DNA from: Candidatus Levyibacteriota bacterium
Lineage (GTDB): Bacteria > Patescibacteriota > Microgenomatia > Levybacterales > UBA12049
NCBI GenBank assembly: GCA_016204465.1
Contig: JACQKQ010000012.1
Coordinates: 16,769 to 80,768, forward strand
Length of the DNA: 64,000 nucleotides
Reading direction: 5' to 3'
Below are positions 32,213 through 41,303 of the stretch, one piece after another. The stretch's first letter is position 1; each line of letters begins with the position of its first letter. Position numbers and translations under genes: made by a program. The notes beneath the pieces were generated by a model. That model was not told the origin of the DNA. It worked only from the letters and a program-made list of their open reading frames with translations, and ran no database searches.

Positions 32213-32546
32213 AGCCGTTAGACCTTACACAAGTAGTATGAAAATGGAGTAATGAATCAACAAAAAAGCGGTAAGAGGTATATAAAACCCCGCAAGAAGC
32301 CTTTTGGAGAAAAGATTCATTACTGTCTTACCCCCGTTCTGTTTTAAGATATCTCTATCGTACGGAGCGGGGCGTGTTTGTCAAGAAGCTGTTTAAGAAG
32401 TCGGTAAGAAATAGAAAGCTTGCGGGTCTAGTGAATTTAGCCGACCTTTTTAAAAAATCTGGATTCCGCAGACTTCCAAACGTTAGGGAGCCAATCGGCC
32501 AATTTCCACCCCTCCAGAGGCGGACATGCATTCTGGCCAATCCTAT

Positions 32547-33380
32547 CTATTTCTCGATCAGTTTTTTATTTTGTGGTTCGGTCAGGTAGTTTTTTCTTGT
32601 TGAGACTTTCTTACCGGATTCCTTTTCGAGCTTCTGTCTTGCTTCTCCGGCAATTCTGCCCCCTTTTTGCGCAGCAGTTTTATTTTCTGTAAATCCTTTT
32701 GTATTTCTATTTCTGGTAATTTCCGTAGTAGATGCTTCCCCAAGCATAGAGAAAATCAATTCCAAATCATTCATGTGATCTCGTAGATTTTCTCTTTTTA
32801 ATTTCTTGAACTTTTTATATTGGCTTGGGGTCATCCCAAAAGTAGCTTTGGAAATTTCAGCAGTTAAAATGGCATATTCTCTATCTCCACCAACATCTCT
32901 ATTTTTCCATTCGTTGGTTAGCTGTTCTCTAACTTGGATACCTCGCATTCTTTTTTCAATCCAATCATCAGAATATCCTTTGGCTTTGTACAAAGCTCTT
33001 GTCCTTTTGGTGGCTAGTTCCGGGTCTTCTATTTCCTGTATCCTTTCATAACCAACTCTTGCTAACCATCGTTTAAATGGTTCTGCTTTAGGAGATGGAA
33101 TAGTTTGGATAATTCGAAATATAGTTTCAGTATTAGCACAATCTGTTTCTCTTAACTTTCCGTCAGGAGCTTCTAATTTCAACTGTCCGATTTTTTCGGA
33201 CACTTCAGCGTAACCTTCTTTGACAAGCTTTTTCTTTAAGTCATTCCAGTACTTTCGGGGTCTATCGGTTTCGGTTAATACCTCAACAACATCAATAACT
33301 GAAAACCACCATTCGCTTTTGTATATGATTTTTCTGATTCCCTTGCCTTTGAAGACTGCAATTTTGGTAGTTTCTTCCAT
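32547..33380 (-). CDS. Bro-N domain (phage antirepressor-like) protein
   Basis: WWFSVIDVV, IPSPKAEPFKRWLA, LRDHM. Confidence 0.9.
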   Translation of the reverse strand: MEETTKIAVFKGKGIRKIIYKSEWWFSVIDVVEVLTETDRPRKYWNDLKKKLVKEGYAEVSEKIGQLKLEAPDGKLRETDCANTETIFRIIQTIPSPKAEPFKRWLARVGYERIQEIEDPELATKRTRALYKAKGYSDDWIEKRMRGIQVREQLTNEWKNRDVGGDREYAILTAEISKATFGMTPSQYKKFKKLKRENLRDHMNDLELIFSMLGEASTTEITRNRNTKGFTENKTAAQKGGRIAGEARQKLEKESGKKVSTRKNYLTEPQNKKLIEK

Positions 33381-33752
33381 GCCTTAATTTGTATCAGGTT
33401 TTGTCATTCTTTGCAATTAAAATTTTCGTATTAGCGTTGTAGCATAGTACAACGATAGAAGGGTACAATGATAAAATTTAGAATGGTAATAAGTCAGAGG
33501 CTGAAACTTTTAGTGCTTTTGCAATTTTATAAAGGTTCTGATAGTTGGATTTCTTTTTCCTCTTTCAATAAACCTAACCTTCCATCCGCTTCGCGGATTC
33601 ACTTTCTGTCGAGTTATATCGAAAAATTCGAACTCGTTTTCTCTCTAATTAATCGACGCATCGTATCGTTCTCCGCTCGGCCGCTTTGCGGCCTCGCTCT
33701 ATGCATTTTTTGCAAAGACAGAAGACAAGTGCGCGAGATTTTTATTATTATA

Positions 33753-33843
33753 GTCCGCCTTTGGCGGACAGAAATACAAAAACAATTTAATGTTTTCTTT
33801 GCCCACCCCCTTCCCAGGAGTTTACCCTGAGTTTACCGAAGGG
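33753..33843. repeat. REP-like palindromes
   Basis: GTCCGCC-TTT-GGCGGAC (33753-33769); CCCTGAGTTTACCGAAGGG (33825-33843). Confidence 0.75.
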
Positions 33844-33982
33844 CGAAAACTTATTACTCCCTTATTATACAGAAAATTTAGAAAGGGTCAAAGCAATCGG
33901 CCAAAATGGTGGAAACTGGCTAATTTTACTAAAACTTCTTTATTGAGAATATGGTAAACCATATTGATGTATACTAAAATTA

Positions 33983-35449
33983 ATGACTAAATGGCCTTTA
34001 ATATTGGCAGTGCTTTTTGCTTGTTTACAAATTGCACCCGTAATGCTTATCTTCTCGTTCCTAATTGGAGTGGCACATTTTGGATTTGTAAGCGGATCAG
34101 TTGCGACTCCTCTAAGTTGGATTAGTTATTTCATATTTACAGTTCCGGCAATGGTGGCTTTTGCCGCATATCGAATTAGAGCTGTTGTTCAAAAAAGAAC
34201 AGATCGTAATCTCACTATAGAACAATCCCTGGTAGTAGTTTTACCAGCAATAGTTAGCATTCATATAGCAGAAGCGATCATTACTTTATACCAATTTGGA
34301 GATGATACTACTACATTTATTACAGCTTTATTATTTGCAATATTATCTACCATAATTCTCACTTATTTATTAAGCAACCCCTCCACCAGAGAAGTATTCT
34401 GGCCTACTCCTATTGCCCAGAATATAAAGAAGATTAGAATTTGGATTACAGTAATTACTCTTTTTCTTCTATGTGCTTCTTTTCCTGCTCAAATCTGGCT
34501 TACTGAGTATTCCTACTATATTGGTATTACTAGTCTTCCTCCTAGTAAGTTATTTCCAATATTTCCAATATTACTACTACCATTTTTTGTATTTTTTGCA
34601 AAATATTTAGCTACTAAATTGGCTGAACGAAACCTCAAAGCTTTGTTGTTGACAACGGTAATCGTAGTTATTTTAAGTTTAATAACTGCTGGCTCTTTGG
34701 CTATTCTTTTACCAAAGGATATACCTCAAGAGCTTTCTGAAATTGCAGATAAACATTTTATAAGTGGTAATTACGATAAAGCAATCGCAAGATATGAGCG
34801 AATACTAAAAGAATATCCTGACTTTGCTAAAAAGAACCCTAATATTCAATCTCGTCTTGGTCTAAGCTATTTAGCTGAAGCCCAGCCATATATAGATGCG
34901 TATAACAATGGTAAGGGAGATATCTATTTTGACTTATCAACAGAATTTCTCAATAAGGCAATTAGTATCTATCCTCAGAATTTAAAAGCTTACATTGAAT
35001 TGGGAGTTGTGTACAGTGAACACGGCGATAAATCTCTAGCGATAGAGACTTATAGAAAAGGGTTGGAGTTGGATCTTTCTTCAAAAGATCCTAAAGATGT
35101 AGGCATGATCTATGAAAACTTTGGGTTGGCTTATTACGATACTAACCAGTTAGATAATGCTATTGATTCTTTTAGAAAAGCAATACAATATGATCCAAAA
35201 CAGCAAACAATCTATATCAATTTGGGAGCCACTTATGACAAGAAAAAAATGTTTGATGAATCAATAAAACAATACACGATAGCATTACAGATAAATCCGA
35301 ATGATGCTTTGGCTCACAATAACTTGGGCTATGCGCTTGCCCAAAAAGGAAATATAAATGATTCAATTGCAGAATTTAATAAAGCATTGGAAATTGATCC
35401 TAACTTAAAAATTGCCAAAGAAAATCTGGGGCGTTATAAGAACAAGTAG
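33983..35449 (+). CDS. Polytopic membrane protein with C-terminal TPR repeats
   Basis: About 7 hydrophobic helices then TPR consensus (AHNNLGYAL, KALEIDP); AT-rich. Confidence 0.88.
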   Translation: MTKWPLILAVLFACLQIAPVMLIFSFLIGVAHFGFVSGSVATPLSWISYFIFTVPAMVAFAAYRIRAVVQKRTDRNLTIEQSLVVVLPAIVSIHIAEAIITLYQFGDDTTTFITALLFAILSTIILTYLLSNPSTREVFWPTPIAQNIKKIRIWITVITLFLLCASFPAQIWLTEYSYYIGITSLPPSKLFPIFPILLLPFFVFFAKYLATKLAERNLKALLLTTVIVVILSLITAGSLAILLPKDIPQELSEIADKHFISGNYDKAIARYERILKEYPDFAKKNPNIQSRLGLSYLAEAQPYIDAYNNGKGDIYFDLSTEFLNKAISIYPQNLKAYIELGVVYSEHGDKSLAIETYRKGLELDLSSKDPKDVGMIYENFGLAYYDTNQLDNAIDSFRKAIQYDPKQQTIYINLGATYDKKKMFDESIKQYTIALQINPNDALAHNNLGYALAQKGNINDSIAEFNKALEIDPNLKIAKENLGRYKNK

Positions 35450-35493
35450 TTATTAATTAAAGTTCTTTAAAATTTTTGCGTTTGGGGTATATT

Positions 35494-35748
35494 CTATAAA
35501 ATTGGCTTGCCGAATTTGATAAGGTTTTCTTTCTTTTCTCTGCGCCAGCCCTTAATTTGTTTCTCGCGTCTTCTAGCTTCCAAAAGGGTAGAAAAATGTT
35601 CTGAGTAAACAAGGACGAACGTTTTGTTTCGTTTTGTAAACTCTGCCCCGTCTCCTCTTTGATGTCTTGAAATGCGTTTATTAAAATTGTTCGTTACTCC
35701 AACATAAAGATGGTTTTTGGGGCCACGAAAGAAATAAACAGTAAACAT
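35494..35748 (-). CDS. Small standalone GIY-YIG nuclease
   Basis: VYF..LYVGVT..RISRH..ARRREKQIKGWRREKK. Confidence 0.92.
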   Translation of the reverse strand: MFTVYFFRGPKNHLYVGVTNNFNKRISRHQRGDGAEFTKRNKTFVLVYSEHFSTLLEARRREKQIKGWRREKKENLIKFGKPIL

Positions 35749-35754
35749 TTTTTT

Positions 35755-35867
35755 GCCCTTCAGTAGACTCACCTTTCGATTTTACTCAAGGTGATCCTGA
35801 GTCCATCGAAGGATCAGGGCTCTTCGTCTGCGCATATCGTCGGAGACTCTGAGCTTGTCGAAGAGTC
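35755..35867. repeat. Nested cluster of CTGAG-N5/6-CGAAG REP-like palindromes
   Basis: TCACCTTTCGATTTTACTCAAGGTGA, TCCTGAGTCCATCGAAGGA, GACTCTGAGCTTGTCGAAGAGTC. Confidence 0.85.
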
Positions 35868-35936
35868 GGGATGCCGTGAATCGAACACGGACTACCGCAC
35901 CCCCAGCGCGGCGTACTACCACTATACTACATCCCG
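35866..35936 (-). tRNA. tRNA-Pro(GGG), CCA not encoded
   Basis: Cloverleaf: acceptor CGGGATG/CATCCCG, anticodon loop CTGGGGG, T loop TTCGATT. Confidence 0.95.
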
Positions 35937-36015
35937 TTCTGCGAAGCAGAATAATTAAAACTGACCCTTGCATTATAGCAGAAAGGTGTTACAATTTGAG
36001 CGAAAGGAGCGCGAT

Positions 36016-37107
36016 ATGGCAAGAGGAAAAGGGAATGGTGAAGTTAAAACCGCACATGGGCCCCAAGCAGATTCCGCAGCAAAACTGCAAGCAATACGCA
36101 TGGCCATGGATCAAATCGAAAAACAGTATGGTAAAGGTTCAATAATGCGATTTGGTGAAGCAGCAGATAAACTTGATATTTCGGTTATCTCAACCGGCTG
36201 TTTGCCGCTGGATATTGCTTTGGGTGTTGGGGGACTTCCTCGGGGAAGAATTGTTGAGGTGTTTGGTCCTGAAGCATCTGGGAAAACTACCATTTGTTTG
36301 TCTGTTATTGCCCAGGCGCAAAAACACGGCGGTGTGGCAGCTTTTATTGACGCAGAGCATGCCCTTGATCCTATTTGGGCAGAAAGAGTTGGTGTTAAGC
36401 TTGAGGATCTTCTCATTTCACAACCTGATACCGGCGAGCAGGCACTGGAGATTGCAGAAAGCCTTATAAGGAGTGGAGGTATAGATGTTTTAGTCATAGA
36501 CTCTGTTGCAGCCCTTGTTCCGAGAGCCGAAATTGAAGGAGAAATGGGAGACGCAATGATTGGCTTGCAAGCCCGTCTCATGTCGCAGGCCTTAAGAAAG
36601 CTTACCGGCGTTATTTCAAAATCCAAAACCATTGCCATTTTCACCAACCAGTTGCGCCAAAAAATCGGCATCATGTTTGGCAATCCAGAGACAACAACCG
36701 GCGGATTGGCTCTTAAATTTTACGCGTCGGTTCGTCTGGATGTTAGGAAAATAGAAACGCTTAAAGACGGCGACAAGGCAATAGGTTCGCGGCACAGAGT
36801 AAAAATTGTTAAAAATAAAGTGTCTTCGCCGTTTCGCATCGCGGAGTTTGATGTGACAGGGCAAGAAGGTATTTCTCGAGAAGGCGGTATTATTGATGTT
36901 GGTTTGGAAATGGGAATTCTACAAAAGTCCGGCGCGTTCTACCGGTACGGAGAGACAATGATTGGCCAGGGTAAAGAAGCATCAAAAATATTTCTTAAGG
37001 AAAAACCGGATATTGCCAAAAAAATCGTTGACGATATCCTCAAGCACAACAAAACAGGTGGCACGCCTGTTGCGGTTGGCATTGAAGAACAAGAATTAGC
37101 TTCGTAA
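36016..37107 (+). CDS. recA: Recombinase RecA
   Basis: [29 protein letters not shown]. Confidence 0.99.
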   Translation: MARGKGNGEVKTAHGPQADSAAKLQAIRMAMDQIEKQYGKGSIMRFGEAADKLDISVISTGCLPLDIALGVGGLPRGRIVEVFGPEASGKTTICLSVIAQAQKHGGVAAFIDAEHALDPIWAERVGVKLEDLLISQPDTGEQALEIAESLIRSGGIDVLVIDSVAALVPRAEIEGEMGDAMIGLQARLMSQALRKLTGVISKSKTIAIFTNQLRQKIGIMFGNPETTTGGLALKFYASVRLDVRKIETLKDGDKAIGSRHRVKIVKNKVSSPFRIAEFDVTGQEGISREGGIIDVGLEMGILQKSGAFYRYGETMIGQGKEASKIFLKEKPDIAKKIVDDILKHNKTGGTPVAVGIEEQELAS

Positions 37108-37133
37108 GTCTTAAAATTTCGTATATTTCCTCT

Positions 37134-37232
37134 TGATCTATTCGATTTCATTCAGGTCATAGACTCTGAGGTCTGACGACCTCGTCGCTCAGACTCGCAG
37201 AGATCAATACTGAATGAAATTGAAGTATTGAC
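37134..37232. repeat. Nested REP-like palindromes at left edge of RM island
   Basis: TTCGATTTCATTCAG and TACTGAATGAAATTGAAGTA; TTGATCT/AGATCAA. Confidence 0.65.
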
Positions 37233-37307
37233 ACCCAACTATATAGTCAGTTAAGATAATTTCAATTAACAAGAGAGGGCAATGGATGCCTGTTTCCTAA
37301 ATTGTAT

Positions 37308-38903
37308 ATGCCAACAATTATGCAACAGACAAAACAACTCTTAACAATCAAAGAAGCCAGTCGTTGGGCGAGCGGCTTTCTCAAGAAGGATGTTAGCGAC
37401 TCCAATATCTCCTATTTGGTGCAATACGGAAAAATTAAAAAGCACAACTGGAATAATTCAGTTTTTATTGATGTAAATGATCTCAAGAATTATTATGACT
37501 CATATCGAGGCCAGCGAGAGGTGAACTGGAAAAAGCGGCTTGGTAATGATTTGAACTGGCTATTGTCTTTTGATCATTTGCGCGAGAAGGACACAACTAA
37601 GCATGTCCACAGGCTTCACCCATACAAAGGAAAATTTATTCCGCAACTTGTCGAGTATTTTATTGATAGCCACACTGACGATTTCAAAACAAGTGCGTAT
37701 TTCAAAACAGGCGATATTATTCTTGATCCTTTTTCCGGCTCCGGCACAACACTTGTGCAAGCTCATGAAATAGGAATACATTCCATCGGGATTGATGTCT
37801 CTCGCTTCAATTGCATGATTACGGAAATAAAGTTGTTGAATTATGACATGGGCGCGCTTGAGGAAGAAATCAAAAGAATAAAAAATGCAATTATAAACCA
37901 CGAAGCAGATAGCAAAACTACTGTGTTTGAGCGCGAGCTATTAGAGTGCTTGGCTGATTTTAATAATCAATATTTTCCAAGCCCGTCATTCAAATACAAC
38001 GTGCTACAAGGACACAGCAACGAAAGTAAATATGTCGAAGAAAAGGAAAAAGAATTTCTCAAAATCTACAATAATCTTGTCAAAAAATACGAAATTGAAC
38101 TAAACCATTCTACCGGCAAAACCTTTTTGGAAAAATGGTTTATCAGAAATGTTCGAAAAGAGATTGATTTTGCCTTTGAACAAGTCAAGACAATAAAGGA
38201 TGTAAAAAATAAGAAAATCATTGCAGTAATTTTGAGCCGCACTATTAGATCGTGTCGTGCAACTACTCATTCGGATTTAGCGACGCTAAAAGAGCCACAA
38301 TTGACTACTTATTATTGCTGGAAACACAAAAAAATCTGTAAGCCGCTTTTTTCTATCAAGACATGGTTTGATCGCTATGCGAGTGATACAGTTTATCGGC
38401 TCAAAACTTTTGCGCGACTTAAAACGAGTACTCACTATTCAGTTATTCCTGCTGACTCCCGAACAGTTAATATTTTCAAAGAAGTTGAGAGGCGAAATAA
38501 ACGGTTTCACGAAATACTGCAAAAACAAAAGATACGGGGAATTTTCACTTCGCCACCGTATGTCGGGCAAATTGATTATCACGAGCAACATGCTTACGCA
38601 TACGACCTCTTTGGTTTTGAACGTCGAGATGAGTTTGAAATTGGGCCGTTATATAAAGGGCAGGGTGCAGAAGCACGCGCGTCTTATGTTGATGGCATTT
38701 CAAAAGTTTTACTCAATTGTAAAAAGTTTTTGGCGGATAATTTTGATATATTTCTTGTGGCAAACGACAAGTATAACCTTTATCCCGCAATTGCCGAACA
38801 ATCTGGAATGAAAATAATCAATCAGTTTAAGCGGCCAGTACTAAACAGAACCGAAAGGGACAAATCTCCTTATTCGGAAATAATTTTTCATTTGAAGGGA
38901 TAA
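37308..38903 (+). CDS. DNA methyltransferase (SPPY, probably N4-cytosine) with N-terminal HTH-like region
   Basis: HPYKGKF, DPFSGSGTT, FTSPPY. Confidence 0.9.
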   Translation: MPTIMQQTKQLLTIKEASRWASGFLKKDVSDSNISYLVQYGKIKKHNWNNSVFIDVNDLKNYYDSYRGQREVNWKKRLGNDLNWLLSFDHLREKDTTKHVHRLHPYKGKFIPQLVEYFIDSHTDDFKTSAYFKTGDIILDPFSGSGTTLVQAHEIGIHSIGIDVSRFNCMITEIKLLNYDMGALEEEIKRIKNAIINHEADSKTTVFERELLECLADFNNQYFPSPSFKYNVLQGHSNESKYVEEKEKEFLKIYNNLVKKYEIELNHSTGKTFLEKWFIRNVRKEIDFAFEQVKTIKDVKNKKIIAVILSRTIRSCRATTHSDLATLKEPQLTTYYCWKHKKICKPLFSIKTWFDRYASDTVYRLKTFARLKTSTHYSVIPADSRTVNIFKEVERRNKRFHEILQKQKIRGIFTSPPYVGQIDYHEQHAYAYDLFGFERRDEFEIGPLYKGQGAEARASYVDGISKVLLNCKKFLADNFDIFLVANDKYNLYPAIAEQSGMKIINQFKRPVLNRTERDKSPYSEIIFHLKG

Positions 38904-38908
38904 GAATC

Positions 38909-39724
38909 ATGAGTTTACCCCAAGAAAAAAAAGAAAGGATATCAGAGGTTATTAAAACCATCCTTGTTTCAAGGATAGATAACTTTCCGGAACTAAATCA
39001 TCAAAATAGAAATGCGCCATTTCATGATTTAATTCTAGAGGCGTTCGAGAAGCAGCTGAAACCAATAAATGTACCTACGCCCTACTTAGTCGCAATAGCA
39101 AGTTGGATGCATGGTTTAAACACCTCGCTAGGTAGTGGATTTGAATCTTTAGCACATATTTTATCTGGAGGATATAAAAGAAATTTTACCCAAAAATTCA
39201 CGTTAAAAGTTAAAAAATCTCAAGCTGAAAATATAGGGAACATAATTGTGGAGTTAAAAAGCGGAATAAAACCTGCAACACAACGAGAAAATGAAGCCAT
39301 ATTTAAATTTAACAAGGGAGAAACGGAAGTAAATGCACTGGAGTTTACAGTAGACAATTATATTGAGACAGCAAATCTAATCGAGGGGATAGAATTGAAG
39401 TCGGTTAGACCAAACTCTGGCGAAGGGAGAGGAGAGAAGCAAAAAATATTATATGCAAAAGCTGCTTTTAAATTATTACACCCTGAAAAAGAAATCAAAT
39501 ATTATATTGGGTTTCCATTTGATCCAACTTCAAAAACAGCAATTGGATATGATAAAGAAAGATTCTTTAATTATTTAGTAGAATTTAAAAAATTCTTCAC
39601 CTTTAATGAAGTTTTATTATCATCAGAATTATGGGATCATCTATCAGAGCAGAAAAATACAATGGAAGAAATTTTTGAGATTATAAGCAAAACTATCGAG
39701 GTAGTAAAAGCCTCTAATTCATAA
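38909..39724 (+). CDS. Probable type II restriction endonuclease (TdeIII-like)
   Basis: 5 bp after the MTase; TSLGSGFE, VD...IELKS PD-(D/E)XK pattern. Confidence 0.75.
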   Translation: MSLPQEKKERISEVIKTILVSRIDNFPELNHQNRNAPFHDLILEAFEKQLKPINVPTPYLVAIASWMHGLNTSLGSGFESLAHILSGGYKRNFTQKFTLKVKKSQAENIGNIIVELKSGIKPATQRENEAIFKFNKGETEVNALEFTVDNYIETANLIEGIELKSVRPNSGEGRGEKQKILYAKAAFKLLHPEKEIKYYIGFPFDPTSKTAIGYDKERFFNYLVEFKKFFTFNEVLLSSELWDHLSEQKNTMEEIFEIISKTIEVVKASNS

Positions 39725-40041
39725 ACCTACATTTAAAGTCGGCAGAAATAGCAACTGTAGAGGAAAAAAATGAAAGCAATTAATTTACAGCAAGAGTTGA
39801 ACTTTATTCACTCTGAAAAAATGAATATTTCTAACAAAGATAGTTTATATTTTGAAATGTTAAATATTGCCCATGTTTTAATTTCAAATTACGCTAACGC
39901 AGAAACGAGGAAATTAAAATCTTTCTACGCAATAGTTTATTGGAAGACAAAAAATTTTATGTTGAGCATTGTAAATAACCCAAATACTAACGGGCACATA
40001 AAAAGGACAAGATAAGGATTTAGTTTTTGGAGGTAAGATGT

Positions 40042-40581
40042 ATGAATGAGCAGGAAAAAGAATTTTGGGAAAAATTTAAAAGGTGGAATCTTGATGATAT
40101 TGAAAGAACTATCAAGACTGAAGCCTATGTTGGTGCCGCAAAATTAATTTGTTGTGTGATTGACGCACTCGCAGGTTTTAGATTTGGAGCTGTTAGTAAT
40201 CAAGGATCAAAGTTTAGATTTATTAGTTTCGTGAAAGAGTTCATGCCAAAATTTAAGTATAGACTGCTTGCGAAAAGAAACGGGATAGTTATTTATAAAC
40301 GAAGCATTTTAGAGATGCTTTATAACAATTTTAGATCTGGATTAATTCATGAGGGGTTGCCAGGAATAGGAACGGGTATATTTAGAGACGAAAATATACA
40401 CTCACTTTTTAGAATACCAAAACCAGACAAATTAGAAATTAATGTTTTGGGTTTATTTGAATACTTAAAATTTGCATTATCTGAATATGAAGGGAAGCTC
40501 AATAAAGGAATATTTTTGAACGAATTTCGTGAAAGACTAAATTTTATTGGTGACAAAAGAAGAATACCAAAAATATCATGA
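40042..40581 (+). CDS. Hypothetical protein with HEPN-like Rx4H motif
   Basis: LYNNFRSGLIHEG; helical-looking, AT-rich. Confidence 0.6.
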   Translation: MNEQEKEFWEKFKRWNLDDIERTIKTEAYVGAAKLICCVIDALAGFRFGAVSNQGSKFRFISFVKEFMPKFKYRLLAKRNGIVIYKRSILEMLYNNFRSGLIHEGLPGIGTGIFRDENIHSLFRIPKPDKLEINVLGLFEYLKFALSEYEGKLNKGIFLNEFRERLNFIGDKRRIPKIS

Positions 40582-40691
40582 ATTATTCAATAATCCAAAA
40601 ATCTAGACTTCGAGAAAGAAATCAAAGGAGCTTTTGGGGCAAGCAAAAAGGAAAGTTGAAGCGATGATTGAGCAAAACTCTTAAGGCAATT

Positions 40692-41201
40692 ATGGATCAG
40701 CTCGACGTACTGTACAACAAGGCACTCCGTTTTCTCTCCTTTCGTCCTCGTTCAGAAAAAGAAGTTCGCGACAATCTCCTCAAGAGTAGGAAAAGTATAA
40801 AGAAGGTAGAAATAGATCAAAAAGTTATTGATCAAGTAATTACAAAACTTAAAGAGCAACACTTTGTTAACGATGAAGAATTCACAAAGTGGTGGATTGA
40901 ACAGCGGACAAAGTTTCGACCGAAAGGAAAACGGCTTATTCAGATTGAACTGAAGCAAAAAGGAATAGCGCAAGAGACAATAGAAAGAATAGTTGAAAGT
41001 TCAGAGTTGAAAGTTGAAAATGAATTAGAACGAGCCAAGGTGTTAGTTCAAAAAAAGTTACGAAAATATAAAAATCTTCCTCGATTTGAGCAGTATCAGA
41101 AATTAGGCGCAATGCTGGGGCGGTTTGGATTCGATTATGACATAATCAAGCAGAGTATTGACGAGGTTTTAAGAGGGGAGTATAATACATCTAAAGACTG
41201 A
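40692..41201 (+). CDS. recX: Regulatory protein RecX
   Basis: ALRFLSFRPRSEKE, ELKQKGI, RFGFDY. Confidence 0.92.
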   Translation: MDQLDVLYNKALRFLSFRPRSEKEVRDNLLKSRKSIKKVEIDQKVIDQVITKLKEQHFVNDEEFTKWWIEQRTKFRPKGKRLIQIELKQKGIAQETIERIVESSELKVENELERAKVLVQKKLRKYKNLPRFEQYQKLGAMLGRFGFDYDIIKQSIDEVLRGEYNTSKD

Positions 41202-41303
41202 AGAAGTCAGATGTTTATTGTATGGAACGCGTTATAACGTCAGCCTCACATACACCATCTGTAAAGCGGTAAAATCGCTTTCTTCTCGTGTCTTCATATT
41301 ATT
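41158..41303 (+). promoter_or_regulatory. Sigma70-type promoter and structured ~110-nt leader upstream of rny
   Basis: TTGACG-17-TATAAT; nested stems CAGATG/CATCTG, TGTATG/CATACA, GAAGAA/TTCTTC. Confidence 0.6.

Noticed and set aside
33468..33830. 120-aa ORF
   Set aside because: It runs through palindromic repeats and has no recognisable motif; likely spurious.
32220..35866. att duplication of the tRNA-Pro 3' end; prophage
   Set aside because: I found no second copy of the tRNA end by eye, and no integrase or virion genes.
35782..36145. ORFs spanning the tRNA-Pro
   Set aside because: Shadow frames over a tRNA and the recA start.
36016..37107. Intein or intron in recA or rpoC
   Set aside because: Lengths and motif spacing are ordinary.
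39770..40015. 81-aa ORF in the RM island
   Set aside because: No motif; cannot distinguish a real gene from a remnant.
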